From a virus (Duplodnaviria; Caudoviricetes), in IMG/VR virus record IMGVR_UViG_3300020280_000004, positions 1-56,601 of that record: DNA of 56,601 nt. One strand, written 5' to 3'. Positions 28,419-37,881 of this stretch are shown piece after piece. The notes under the pieces are model-generated. The model saw nothing but the letters and a program-made list of their open reading frames with translations, was not told where the DNA came from and ran no database searches. The translations under genes were made by a program, and so were the position numbers. Each line of letters starts with the position of its first letter. Position 1 is the stretch's first letter.

Positions 28419-29396
28419 TTATGAAGCAACAAATCTGATTCTTACTCCTCCGAATCCACCTCTGATTCCGTGATCTCTTACATCCGGACATGGGTTAGGG
28501 CCAATTCCCCCACCACCAACTGGTAGATAATTGTTACATCCTTGCATTTCATAACATCCACACGCTCTATCTGATCTCCAACAGTGTGAGTCTGGAGTTC
28601 CTTGTCTTGGCGATTTGGATGCCGCATTCAAAGCCGCATAGTATTGGAAAATTTGGTTACCTGACCAGTTAGACATCGGAGTTCCATCCGACTCTTTCTG
28701 GAAAGTTATCAACGCACCGTTAACAGCAAATTGTCCTGCTGGAATCGGAACGTGTTGTTGAAATCTACATTTACAGTGTGGGCAACATCCGAAGAAAGAT
28801 ACACAACCGAACTGTCCGCAACAGTTGATATCTCCACCGTATGCACACGCCTGCCAAGATTCTGTGTTACCGTCTGTACACACGTTACAAACTAATCCAC
28901 AGTTATCATTGTTACATCTTACAGTACAGAAACCTTGTGCTCTGTAACAGCAGTATAAAGAACTTCCTGTTGTACACATAGATTTACCACCGTATCCACC
29001 TCTTGCACACATACAACCATCTCCGTTAGATGCTGTTACCCAACAAATACCTGTTGGATCTGAACAACCTGAGTGGCAAAGTGAGTGTGCGTAACATGGC
29101 ATACCCGTACACCCTGTTAATGTATCGTCTGCTTCTACAGTAATTTTTTTGTAAGCATATCCACCTGCGTTGCCTGGTAATCCGTCACCGCAACAACACA
29201 TTCTAGCACCTGAGCCGCCTGCTCCCCATATTTCTATGTGTGCCGTACCTGCCGCTGGCGCTTTCCAACATACACCATTACAGAAGTTTGTGTAGTTAGT
29301 TCCTGGAGACCAAACGTAGATATAACCAGTCTCGAGATTCTCTTCGATCATCTCTGCTGGGTTTCTGTTAGTCAATAATCCTTTTAAACTAGCCAT
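28419..29396 (-). CDS. Cys-rich glycine-rich-domain protein 1 (adhesin/fibre-tip-like)
   Basis: IEIWGAGGSG-xx-MCCC, GNAGGY, ARGGYGG, CGCY, PNPCPDVRDH..RGGFGGVRIRF; about 33 Cys in 325 aa by manual count. Confidence 0.6.
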   Translation of the reverse strand: MASLKGLLTNRNPAEMIEENLETGYIYVWSPGTNYTNFCNGVCWKAPAAGTAHIEIWGAGGSGARMCCCGDGLPGNAGGYAYKKITVEADDTLTGCTGMPCYAHSLCHSGCSDPTGICWVTASNGDGCMCARGGYGGKSMCTTGSSLYCCYRAQGFCTVRCNNDNCGLVCNVCTDGNTESWQACAYGGDINCCGQFGCVSFFGCCPHCKCRFQQHVPIPAGQFAVNGALITFQKESDGTPMSNWSGNQIFQYYAALNAASKSPRQGTPDSHCWRSDRACGCYEMQGCNNYLPVGGGGIGPNPCPDVRDHGIRGGFGGVRIRFVAS

Positions 29397-29418
29397 ATAC
29401 TATATTTACTCCTTATCC

Positions 29419-30432
29419 TTACGGTGCACTATCTAAATCGTAGTCGTTAGTGCTACTTACAAATTTAATTCTAATTAAACCTAAACCACCTCTGTGTGCG
29501 TGATCTCTTACGCCATCACATGGTCTTGGACCTTGTCCACCAATACCTGCTGGCATGAAAGGTATACAACCGTTGTGCTGATAACAACCACAACTTCTGT
29601 TACCTGTCCAACAAGCAGTGTAAGGACCACCCTGTGTTGGTGATCTTGTTGCAAGGTTAAATCCGTGAGAGGCATTCATCCAACCACCCATTCCTGACCA
29701 TTGAGATCTACCATTGTCAGAATCTAATGTGTAATGAACTTCTCCACCACAAGTAGATATCATTCCTGGAGGGAATTTAATTACTGGAACGTTTCTACAG
29801 TTACAGTTTGGTTGACATCCTCTGAAATACCAACAACTGAACCCACCGTAGCAGTTTGTATCACCGCCATATGCCTGAGCACAGAAAGTTGGTTCACTTG
29901 ATGAATCTTTAAAGTTACAAATAATTCCGCAGTATTGGTCTCCACCTTGTGTTCCGCAGAATCCGCCTGCTATAAAACAACAATATGGTGAGTTACCTGT
30001 TGAGCAATAAGTGTAACCACCCTTACCACCTTGGGCACACATACATCCATCTGTACCACCTGCAAACCAACAAATTTGTGTTGGCTCTGAAGTACCTCTG
30101 TGACATAAGTCATCTGAGTTACCACATGACATACCAACTATTCCACAAATGAAACAGCCTTGTGCCATTGTTAAAGTTTTTTTACTGTATGCACCTGGAT
30201 TTCCGTTTAATCCAAATCCGCAACAACACATCTCTGCACCTGATCCACCAGCACCCCATATCTCAATAGTTGCTGTACCAGCCGATGGTGCTACCCAACA
30301 CACGTGACATCTAAAGTTTGTACCACGCATACTACCTGGATAGTATTGATAAATTCTTCCTTGCTCTAGGTTAGTTTCGTTACCTACTGCAAAATCATAT
30401 TTGGTTTGTAATAATGTTGTTAAACTTGCCAT
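29419..30432 (-). CDS. Cys-rich glycine-rich-domain protein 2
   Basis: IEIWGAGGSGAEMCCC...CGCY...PCDGVRDHAHRGGLGLIRIKF; paralogue of both neighbours. Confidence 0.6.
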   Translation of the reverse strand: MASLTTLLQTKYDFAVGNETNLEQGRIYQYYPGSMRGTNFRCHVCWVAPSAGTATIEIWGAGGSGAEMCCCGFGLNGNPGAYSKKTLTMAQGCFICGIVGMSCGNSDDLCHRGTSEPTQICWFAGGTDGCMCAQGGKGGYTYCSTGNSPYCCFIAGGFCGTQGGDQYCGIICNFKDSSSEPTFCAQAYGGDTNCYGGFSCWYFRGCQPNCNCRNVPVIKFPPGMISTCGGEVHYTLDSDNGRSQWSGMGGWMNASHGFNLATRSPTQGGPYTACWTGNRSCGCYQHNGCIPFMPAGIGGQGPRPCDGVRDHAHRGGLGLIRIKFVSSTNDYDLDSAP

Positions 30433-30441
30433 AATTAATCC

Positions 30442-31404
30442 TTAACTTATAAATCTAATCCTCACTGCTCCAAAGCCACCTCTGATTGCGTGATCTCTCA
30501 CACCTGGACAAGGGTTAGGTCCTCTACCACCAGTTCCAACTGGAAGCACTGGTACACAACCATCGTTTTCATAACAGCCACAAGCACCACTGAAACCCCA
30601 ACAAGATGACCAAGGTATACCGCCTGTTGGGAATCTACCTGATCCTAATCCTGATCTGTGTTGGTGATGACCTTGACCTGACCATTGAGCGAAACCGTTA
30701 CCGTCATCATTTGTATATACAATCATTCTTCCCTCTTTGGAACCTTGTCCCGCTGGAGTTGGAATGTGGTGATTAAACATACAAATACATGAAGGATAGC
30801 AACCAAATGCTGACACACAAGAATTTAATCCTGGCTTGTTAATCTCTCCACCATATGCACAGGCTACCCATGCCCCGTTACACTGGTTACAAATAATTCC
30901 ACATTGGTTGTTGTCTGTTTTTGTTACACAGAAACCATTTGCTCTGTAGCAACAATAAAAACTGTTGTTGGTTGAACAAAAAGATATTCCACCTCTACCA
31001 CCTTCTGCACATACGCAAGTCTCTGTGCCACCTATACAAAATCTTAACATAGTAGGTTCTGAACAACCTCTAAAACATAAACTTGATGAATTTCCACATG
31101 ACTGACCTAGACAACCACAAATGTAATCGCCTGCCGACATAACAACTGTTTTCTTAACATAGGCACCTGAGTTACCTGGAAGACCAAAACCACAACAGCA
31201 CATCTCAGCGCCTGAACCACCTGGTCCCCACGCCTCTACTACCGCTGTTCCTGATGTATTCGGATGGAAACAAAATCCGCACCATATTCGCGAGTAGTTC
31301 GCTCCGTCGTGATATACAAAAATCTGACCTTTCTCTAGATTAGATTCTGCAACCGATACGAATGCGTCCTGCTTTGTACCGAGTAATGATTTTAAACTTG
31401 CCAT
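30442..31404 (-). CDS. Cys-rich glycine-rich-domain protein 3
   Basis: VEAWGPGGSGAEMCCC...CGCY...PCPGVRDHAIRGGFGAVRIRF; starts MASL like the other two. Confidence 0.6.
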   Translation of the reverse strand: MASLKSLLGTKQDAFVSVAESNLEKGQIFVYHDGANYSRIWCGFCFHPNTSGTAVVEAWGPGGSGAEMCCCGFGLPGNSGAYVKKTVVMSAGDYICGCLGQSCGNSSSLCFRGCSEPTMLRFCIGGTETCVCAEGGRGGISFCSTNNSFYCCYRANGFCVTKTDNNQCGIICNQCNGAWVACAYGGEINKPGLNSCVSAFGCYPSCICMFNHHIPTPAGQGSKEGRMIVYTNDDGNGFAQWSGQGHHQHRSGLGSGRFPTGGIPWSSCWGFSGACGCYENDGCVPVLPVGTGGRGPNPCPGVRDHAIRGGFGAVRIRFIS

Positions 31405-31452
31405 AGTCTCCGTTTCCCTAATTAGTTTTATAAGTGTAATATAATAAAAATA

Positions 31453-31785
31453 TTATACAGCACCTACGACCCAACCGTAAGTTGCGCCTGTGTAAATTAA
31501 AGTTATAATCGCACCATTTAAGTCAAGTGTTAAGTCGTCTGCACTTCCTTGAATTAAAGATGAATTTCTTGCAACAGTTACGTTATTAGTTCCGAAACTA
31601 GAGTTTGCGTCAATGATCTGAATTGTGTCATTAACTAATAAACTTGCGTTCGCAGGTAACGTAATTGTAAAAGTTCCTGAAGAACTGTTTGCTAAGATTC
31701 TCTCATTTACCGCCGCTTGGTGTGTCGTACTCACTATTTTAGTGGATACTCCAGCAGTTCCAGTTGTTGATATGTATCTTCCCAT
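31453..31785 (-). CDS. Small fibre-connector-like protein (single T4 gp34/gp9-type repeat)
   Basis: FTITLPA...DTIQIID...FGTNNVTVARN..LIQG...L.Y.....GW pattern; ATAAATA at 31809-31815. Confidence 0.55.
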   Translation of the reverse strand: MGRYISTTGTAGVSTKIVSTTHQAAVNERILANSSSGTFTITLPANASLLVNDTIQIIDANSSFGTNNVTVARNSSLIQGSADDLTLDLNGAIITLIYTGATYGWVVGAV

Positions 31786-31831
31786 TTTTTTGTTTCCTTC
31801 GTTTATACTATTTATGTTAAATTACATAAAA

Positions 31832-32152
31832 TTAAGCAGTACTTGTTTCTATTCCAGTTACAACCACGCTTACGTTAGCCGCACTTGAATATGCAACCAA
31901 TTTTTGCGTTGCCGCAAGTACCAAACCAGTTCTTTCTAAAACCCCGTGACTTAGAATTTCCGTCTCATATTCAACGTATTCTGCGTCATCTGGAGTCGCA
32001 CTATCCGCCACCGCTAATCTTACTGCAATGGCTTGATTACCTCTGTTACAAAACGATACTGTTGCAACCGTGAAAGTTGAAGCAGGCGTTGTATACACAG
32101 TGGTATTGGTAGCGGCTGAAAGATTTGCTTTACCTATTCTTCCTGATGCCAT
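31832..32152 (-). CDS. Small virion protein (~110-aa family, copy 1)
   Basis: TTVYTTPA...VSFCNR...VLERTGLVL...VSVVVTGIE; similar pattern to 45230-45562 and 53462-53794; AGGAG SD. Confidence 0.6.
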   Translation of the reverse strand: MASGRIGKANLSAATNTTVYTTPASTFTVATVSFCNRGNQAIAVRLAVADSATPDDAEYVEYETEILSHGVLERTGLVLAATQKLVAYSSAANVSVVVTGIETSTA

Positions 32153-32170
32153 GTCCTTTTTCTCCTTTTA

Positions 32171-35100
32171 TTAACTATGTATCAACATATTCATTGCTAT
32201 TGGCACACCTGTTACCCCTTTTGTGAAGTTTGCAACACTGCTAATAGTAATTTTACTGTTGTTACTTGTACTTATCGTATTACCCGTAATTACCACTAAT
32301 CCAGCAGTAATTAAGTTAACATTGAGCGAACTTGCACCACCACCGATCTGTGAAGCGATATAAGTTCTAATTGCTCTCTGTGTTGGAACAATGGAGTCCG
32401 AATTAGCCGCCATTGTACCATCAGTTGAGAACTCGTTAATTGAAGCACTAGATCCTCCTAATGCTAGATCTCCCAACTGTAATTCTTGTAGTCCTGAAAT
32501 ATTAAATGCATCTGCATTCAATGAAGCAATACCAGTTGCCTGTTCTACGTTGAACAAGTCACCAACTCTAAAGTTACCGTCTTGGTCAGTTGAAGTAAAG
32601 AATACTCTACCACCGCCGCCTTCAACAGTTTCGTTAGCCGGTATTGGATTCTGATTTGGTGAACCTGGATAGTTAGTTGAACTAAAGTTACCAGTACCAA
32701 TATCTAAGAAATCGTGTCCAGTTAATCTGTTTTGTGAATATCTAATTCTTATAGATAGACTTGTACCATGATCCGGAGCATACTGCGCCGTTACATTTGG
32801 TGAAACTTGTAACAATGCACTGTAAGGTGTTTGTGTTCCAAGTTGTCCATTTACAGATACAAGTTTGTAATATACTCCTGGTCTGTGACCAAATTCAATG
32901 TTTGCACCTGCTCTTGGTAAGTCACTTAAATTTTCTACCTGTATAAATTTACCAGACTGATATGAATCTCTAAATCCACCAAATAATTCTGCTGTACCAC
33001 CGCTTGAGTATGCTGTGTAGTTACTTGAATCTAATGGAACTGTAAATCCATCATCTGCAAAAAGTTCAAATGAAGTTGTATTAACTACTCTTACGTAGTA
33101 GAATACGCCAGTATTTAATTCTGTCATTCCAACGATGCCAGTGAATTTAACTCTATCACCTGAACTGTAATTGTGTGCCGCCTGTGTAGTTACAACTGGT
33201 GGTCTTGCTTGAGTAATTCCTGTTACTGTCGCTTGAGTACCTTGTGCTGTAATTACCACTGCCGCTGTTTTGTAATCGATACCACGTGAAACAAAAGTTG
33301 GTGGACCTAACACACCATCGCCTATGTATGATTGTAACGTTGCGTCTGATGTATTGTTAGGATCAACTAGTGTAACTGTTGGTGCACTTGTATAAGAAGC
33401 ACCACAATCGATCATTCTAATTTGTGTAATTTTATTTGTAACAACTGATGCGATACCAACTGCTTGTCTTGACGCTGTTGAACCATCTCCTGCTGGAGCA
33501 CCAATCTGTACTCTTGGAGTTATTTCATAAGTTGTAGTAGAATCTAAACTTGCTTCAACACTTACACCACCTAGTACATCAAAACCTGCAGAATTGTCTG
33601 AAAGTTTTTTCATAGTTGCAATTTTACTTGCCGAATTGTAAGTATCTATGTAACCGTATTGACCTGCACCTTTACCTTCAGTAATTAACAAGAACATTCC
33701 AACATACGCACCAGAGGCTCTACTATCTGCCGCCGCCAATGTGATTTGTGTAGTTGTTCCTGTTTGTGCTGAGTTAGTTGTTGTTATGTAACCATCTCCA
33801 CCTAAGTTGTTACCTGCTGGATCAGTTACTCTAATTTCGTAAACACCACCTGTATTAACTGTCGCCGCTGGTGTGTTTAATCCGTAACCATCACCTGAGA
33901 AAGTTAAAGTAGTTTGGTTAGCAACATATTCTCTACCTGCATTTTTGTAGAAAAGACCTTGTATCGCACTACCATCTGTGAATACATCTGCAAGTGCATC
34001 AGTTGATCTGTTGTTTACAGTTGCAGTAACTGGAACTTCTGTTGAATCAACTCCTTCTGATACACAACCAAAGTCACCATATGATGAGTTACCGTTTGTT
34101 GCTCTAATTTTTCCACCGTTCTCTGCAAGATAGCCAATGTGTCCGTAGTATGAGAATACAGAAACAAGTTCTGCTCTTCCCAAGTTAGTTACCCACGCAC
34201 CTATACCATCGGAAATTACCTGTGTAAAGTCGTTAGCAACGATTGAATCATTTCCACCTTCGTGTAAGTTACCATCAATTTTCAATCCAACTGCCGCTGT
34301 ACCAAAGTTTGTAACGTTTTGTACATAAGGTGATCTACCACCTGCTCTACATACAACTTCTTGTTGGACTGCGTTTGCAGTTGCACTTACCCATCTGTGT
34401 ACGTATTGGTCTCCACCGCCACTTGCACCAACATTTACTTGAATTGTTGTGTCAGTAACTGCTTCAACTAATAATTCTTTGCCTGCCGCTGGGTCAGTTG
34501 CTCTTGGATAAGCATGATTTGTAGCATAGTTGTCCTGTGAACATTGGAAAGTTAAACTTCCTGTTGTAATTCTTACAGACTCACCTGCTTCCATGTTGTG
34601 AGCACCAACTGTTAGTACTGTTGTTCCTGTTGCAGGATCATATGTACCATTTGTTGGAGTGTATTGTACTGTTCCAGCCGCCGGAACTGCGATCCAAGTT
34701 TTGTAATCTTGTGGACCGTATCCTGGATCTAATGAAACAAAAGCACCTGCTGAAGGACGTTTTGTTCCAAAACTGTTTGCTGAACCTAGTGTACCTGTTA
34801 AACCTTGTAGTGTACAGTTTCTTAAACCAGTTGCGTTTCTCATATGGAACATATTTTTAGTAGTTGAACCTTGTACTGCGTTCACATACCATTCTGCACC
34901 TTGTAATGATCTCTGGTTACCTGTAAATTGTAAGTCGTAAATTATTCCATCTACATAATCTTTAATGTCATCTTCACAGTCTGAAACCACAAAACTTACG
35001 CCTGGATTATTTCTTTTAACATATTCAGCCGCTTCTTTGGCAATAAATTCTCTGTTTGCTAAAAGTCTTAATCTTGCATCTGTAAATCCTGCTGTGAATT

Positions 35101-37846
35101 CAGCGATATTGCTACCTGCAAGTGCTGGTTCCGAACCGTTTGCATTGATTTTGAAGTCAATGTATTTCTCAATTTGATCAGCGATTGTAGCCGCTCTTGT
35201 ACCAGCCGCCGCCGAACCTGCCGGAGCATCTGTGTTCTGTGTTAATGTGTTTCCTGAAGTAATTGCTGTGACTGGGAAAGTTACTGCAACACCAAGTGTT
35301 GTGTTACCACTGCCACCAACGATGACTGTGTTTGCTGGTATAGTGATGTTGTCACTAATTTGATAATTTTGTCCCGGAGCCGCCACTGTTAAAGCAGTTA
35401 CGAAACCAAAACCGTTAGTTGTAATGTTAAATGTTGCGCCAGTTCCATTACCACCTGTTGAAGAAACTGCTGATGCAGTACCTTGGTTTACTCCCAAGTA
35501 ACCACCTGGAGCAGTAATTGAAACAACACCACCTGATGGTGTTTTTGTTACTGAGTTATTCTGGATAACATCACTTATAATTGCTTCCATACGTTGTATA
35601 CCTTGTAGACTGTATTGTGTGTCTGAAGAGTTAACAACTGAAGCCGCTGGTCTGATGTTTGTTGATCTTAATTCATCTCCAACAACTGCTGTGTTTCTTG
35701 AAACTCTCATTGGAAGAATTTCGTTGTAAATTCCTGTCTTAACATTTAAAGTAATGTTAGGATTGTTTGCCGCAGGTATACCATTTACGTTACCTGCCGT
35801 AATTGCATCTGATGAATATTTCATCAATGTTTCAATTAAATCTGTAGAACCTGCCTCAGCAATGTAACTTGCATTTGAATATTTAGGCGTTGAACCTTGT
35901 AAGTTACTGTGCGATGCATTAGCAACAACTAATTTAGCAATAGCACTCGCTTGTACAATCGCCGCTGAAGTTTCTGCTTCCTGACCAGTTACGTATGAAG
36001 CACCTGCTGGTGTAAAGTAATTTAATGCTGAAAATCTTGATTTAACGTTACCGCCGTGTGTTAAGTCATGTATTGTTGAGTCAACAATTATACCAATATC
36101 TCTTCTACATTTCGTTGCGTTGTACGTGAACGAACTTGTAAATGGTGGAGTATTGTTAGAAATCTGTGCGTTGATCCAAGCAATAGTTTCGTCTTGAATG
36201 TATGCTTTGTTTCTTGTAAGCATATAAGCCGCCTGTGGATTGTTTGGACCTTTATCAATTTCATGTAGTGCATATCTGATTGTTTTCCATGCTCTATCTA
36301 ATGTTACACCTGATGTCGGTGCTGGTTGGTCCGTTCCATTTGGACTTACATAATAAACTTGATCAATTTTACCAACGTTACCCCATTCAGGTAATGTTCC
36401 TGCCGCGTTAACAACAAGTGCCTGACCTGCTGTACCGATTGGTAATCTTTGTGGACCTGATGCACCATAAATTAAAATGTCACCTTCTGCAGATAAAACA
36501 TCATTCTCAGGACCGCCTGATAATAATTGCCATACAGAAGTATCAACACCTGCACCTGCTGGATAATCTGGTTGATTGATTGTGCTTGGTGCTTGGTTGT
36601 TTGATGTGTGTGAAGTAACACAAATATAAGATGTATCTGTGTTTGTTGTTCCTCTTACAATATCACCTTTGTCATAGTAAGTTGCATTCGCCCAGTTGCC
36701 TTTCCAGTATAAACCTTCGTTAAGTTTATTCCAGTAAACAACATTAGGTGGTCTATTACCTGTTGAGTCTGCAATGTTAATGTAAGTGAAACCGCCAACT
36801 CTTACAACGTCTCCAGTTTTGTATGCTGTACCGTTGTTGTAGTCGCCTCTTAAATTAAATCCTGTTACAAATAATGCCCAGTCACTTGTTTGTGTTGACG
36901 GAACTTTATTTGTGTTTAAAGTTTTTGCAACGTATTGGTAACCTCCGTAAGTTACAGTGTCACCTGGTTGATATTTTGTTGCTGAACTCCATGAATCTTC
37001 AAATTCTAAACCTGGTACAAATAATGACCAGTTAGCCGAATCTGCATTTATGTCTGTTGTTGATGTGTAACCTGTTGTACAGATGTATAAGTTTGCTCCA
37101 CCTTTAACAACATCATTTGCTTTGTATCTTGTCGTACCTGCAAAAGTACCTCTGTACTCAATACCTTTGTGTAAGTATTGCCATTTTGCTTGATCAGTTT
37201 CTAAACCATCTGCCGCAGAAGCCGCCGATGTGTGACCTGTTATACAAACATAAATTTGTCCACCATAAGAAACTGTGTCGTTTAATTTGTATCTTGTAGA
37301 TGTTGCCCAAGTGTTTAACCAATTGAAACCTTTTGAAAATGCTTCCCACTTCGCTTGATCATTTTCTAATCCTAAAGATGTAGTTGCCGCTGAAGTGTGT
37401 TCAGTAATACAAAGGTAAATTGTTCCACCGTATTTTACTAAATCGTTAACTTTGTATCTTGTGTTAATAGCCCAAGAAGATTTGTAATCAAAACCTTCAA
37501 TGAATAAATCCCATTTAGAAGAATCAACTTCTAATCCGTCTGATGCACTTGAAGTAGATGTGTGTCCTGTGTTTGCAATGTAAATGTAACCACCGTATTT
37601 TACAATGTCATTTGGTTTGTAAGTTGTGTTAAGACTCCAATCACCTTTCCATTCTTGACCATCGGACATCAACGCCCAATTAGCCGCTGTTAAATCAACT
37701 TGGAATGATGCGTTAGCCGTGTGGTTAACAACACAAATATATGTTCTTCCACCGTATCTTACAACGTCATCAACACTGTAAATCGTGCCTGTGTACCAAG
37801 CACCTTTCCATACAAAACGTATTCTACCTAGTTTAAACTCTGCCAT
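32171..37846 (-). CDS. Giant (1891 aa) fibre/tailspike-like virion protein, paralogue A
   Basis: N-terminal W-x4-Y-x2-D-x-V-x-YGG..Y.C...HTS repeats; VYYVSPNGTD and VVGDELRST beta-helix entry; C-terminal LTGHDFLDIGTG, STDQDGNFRVG, EFSTD..M, VPTQRA. Confidence 0.75.
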   Translation of the reverse strand: MAEFKLGRIRFVWKGAWYTGTIYSVDDVVRYGGRTYICVVNHTANASFQVDLTAANWALMSDGQEWKGDWSLNTTYKPNDIVKYGGYIYIANTGHTSTSSASDGLEVDSSKWDLFIEGFDYKSSWAINTRYKVNDLVKYGGTIYLCITEHTSAATTSLGLENDQAKWEAFSKGFNWLNTWATSTRYKLNDTVSYGGQIYVCITGHTSAASAADGLETDQAKWQYLHKGIEYRGTFAGTTRYKANDVVKGGANLYICTTGYTSTTDINADSANWSLFVPGLEFEDSWSSATKYQPGDTVTYGGYQYVAKTLNTNKVPSTQTSDWALFVTGFNLRGDYNNGTAYKTGDVVRVGGFTYINIADSTGNRPPNVVYWNKLNEGLYWKGNWANATYYDKGDIVRGTTNTDTSYICVTSHTSNNQAPSTINQPDYPAGAGVDTSVWQLLSGGPENDVLSAEGDILIYGASGPQRLPIGTAGQALVVNAAGTLPEWGNVGKIDQVYYVSPNGTDQPAPTSGVTLDRAWKTIRYALHEIDKGPNNPQAAYMLTRNKAYIQDETIAWINAQISNNTPPFTSSFTYNATKCRRDIGIIVDSTIHDLTHGGNVKSRFSALNYFTPAGASYVTGQEAETSAAIVQASAIAKLVVANASHSNLQGSTPKYSNASYIAEAGSTDLIETLMKYSSDAITAGNVNGIPAANNPNITLNVKTGIYNEILPMRVSRNTAVVGDELRSTNIRPAASVVNSSDTQYSLQGIQRMEAIISDVIQNNSVTKTPSGGVVSITAPGGYLGVNQGTASAVSSTGGNGTGATFNITTNGFGFVTALTVAAPGQNYQISDNITIPANTVIVGGSGNTTLGVAVTFPVTAITSGNTLTQNTDAPAGSAAAGTRAATIADQIEKYIDFKINANGSEPALAGSNIAEFTAGFTDARLRLLANREFIAKEAAEYVKRNNPGVSFVVSDCEDDIKDYVDGIIYDLQFTGNQRSLQGAEWYVNAVQGSTTKNMFHMRNATGLRNCTLQGLTGTLGSANSFGTKRPSAGAFVSLDPGYGPQDYKTWIAVPAAGTVQYTPTNGTYDPATGTTVLTVGAHNMEAGESVRITTGSLTFQCSQDNYATNHAYPRATDPAAGKELLVEAVTDTTIQVNVGASGGGDQYVHRWVSATANAVQQEVVCRAGGRSPYVQNVTNFGTAAVGLKIDGNLHEGGNDSIVANDFTQVISDGIGAWVTNLGRAELVSVFSYYGHIGYLAENGGKIRATNGNSSYGDFGCVSEGVDSTEVPVTATVNNRSTDALADVFTDGSAIQGLFYKNAGREYVANQTTLTFSGDGYGLNTPAATVNTGGVYEIRVTDPAGNNLGGDGYITTTNSAQTGTTTQITLAAADSRASGAYVGMFLLITEGKGAGQYGYIDTYNSASKIATMKKLSDNSAGFDVLGGVSVEASLDSTTTYEITPRVQIGAPAGDGSTASRQAVGIASVVTNKITQIRMIDCGASYTSAPTVTLVDPNNTSDATLQSYIGDGVLGPPTFVSRGIDYKTAAVVITAQGTQATVTGITQARPPVVTTQAAHNYSSGDRVKFTGIVGMTELNTGVFYYVRVVNTTSFELFADDGFTVPLDSSNYTAYSSGGTAELFGGFRDSYQSGKFIQVENLSDLPRAGANIEFGHRPGVYYKLVSVNGQLGTQTPYSALLQVSPNVTAQYAPDHGTSLSIRIRYSQNRLTGHDFLDIGTGNFSSTNYPGSPNQNPIPANETVEGGGGRVFFTSTDQDGNFRVGDLFNVEQATGIASLNADAFNISGLQELQLGDLALGGSSASINEFSTDGTMAANSDSIVPTQRAIRTYIASQIGGGASSLNVNLITAGLVVITGNTISTSNNSKITISSVANFTKGVTGVPIAMNMLIHS

Positions 37847-37881
37847 GGGTTAAAATTTCCTCTTATTAAAGTTATTTATCA

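Noticed and set aside
28419-31404. Diversity-generating retroelement or invertible cassette acting on the three paralogues
   Set aside because: No reverse transcriptase or recombinase in the window, and the copies differ throughout rather than as near-identical template/variable repeats.
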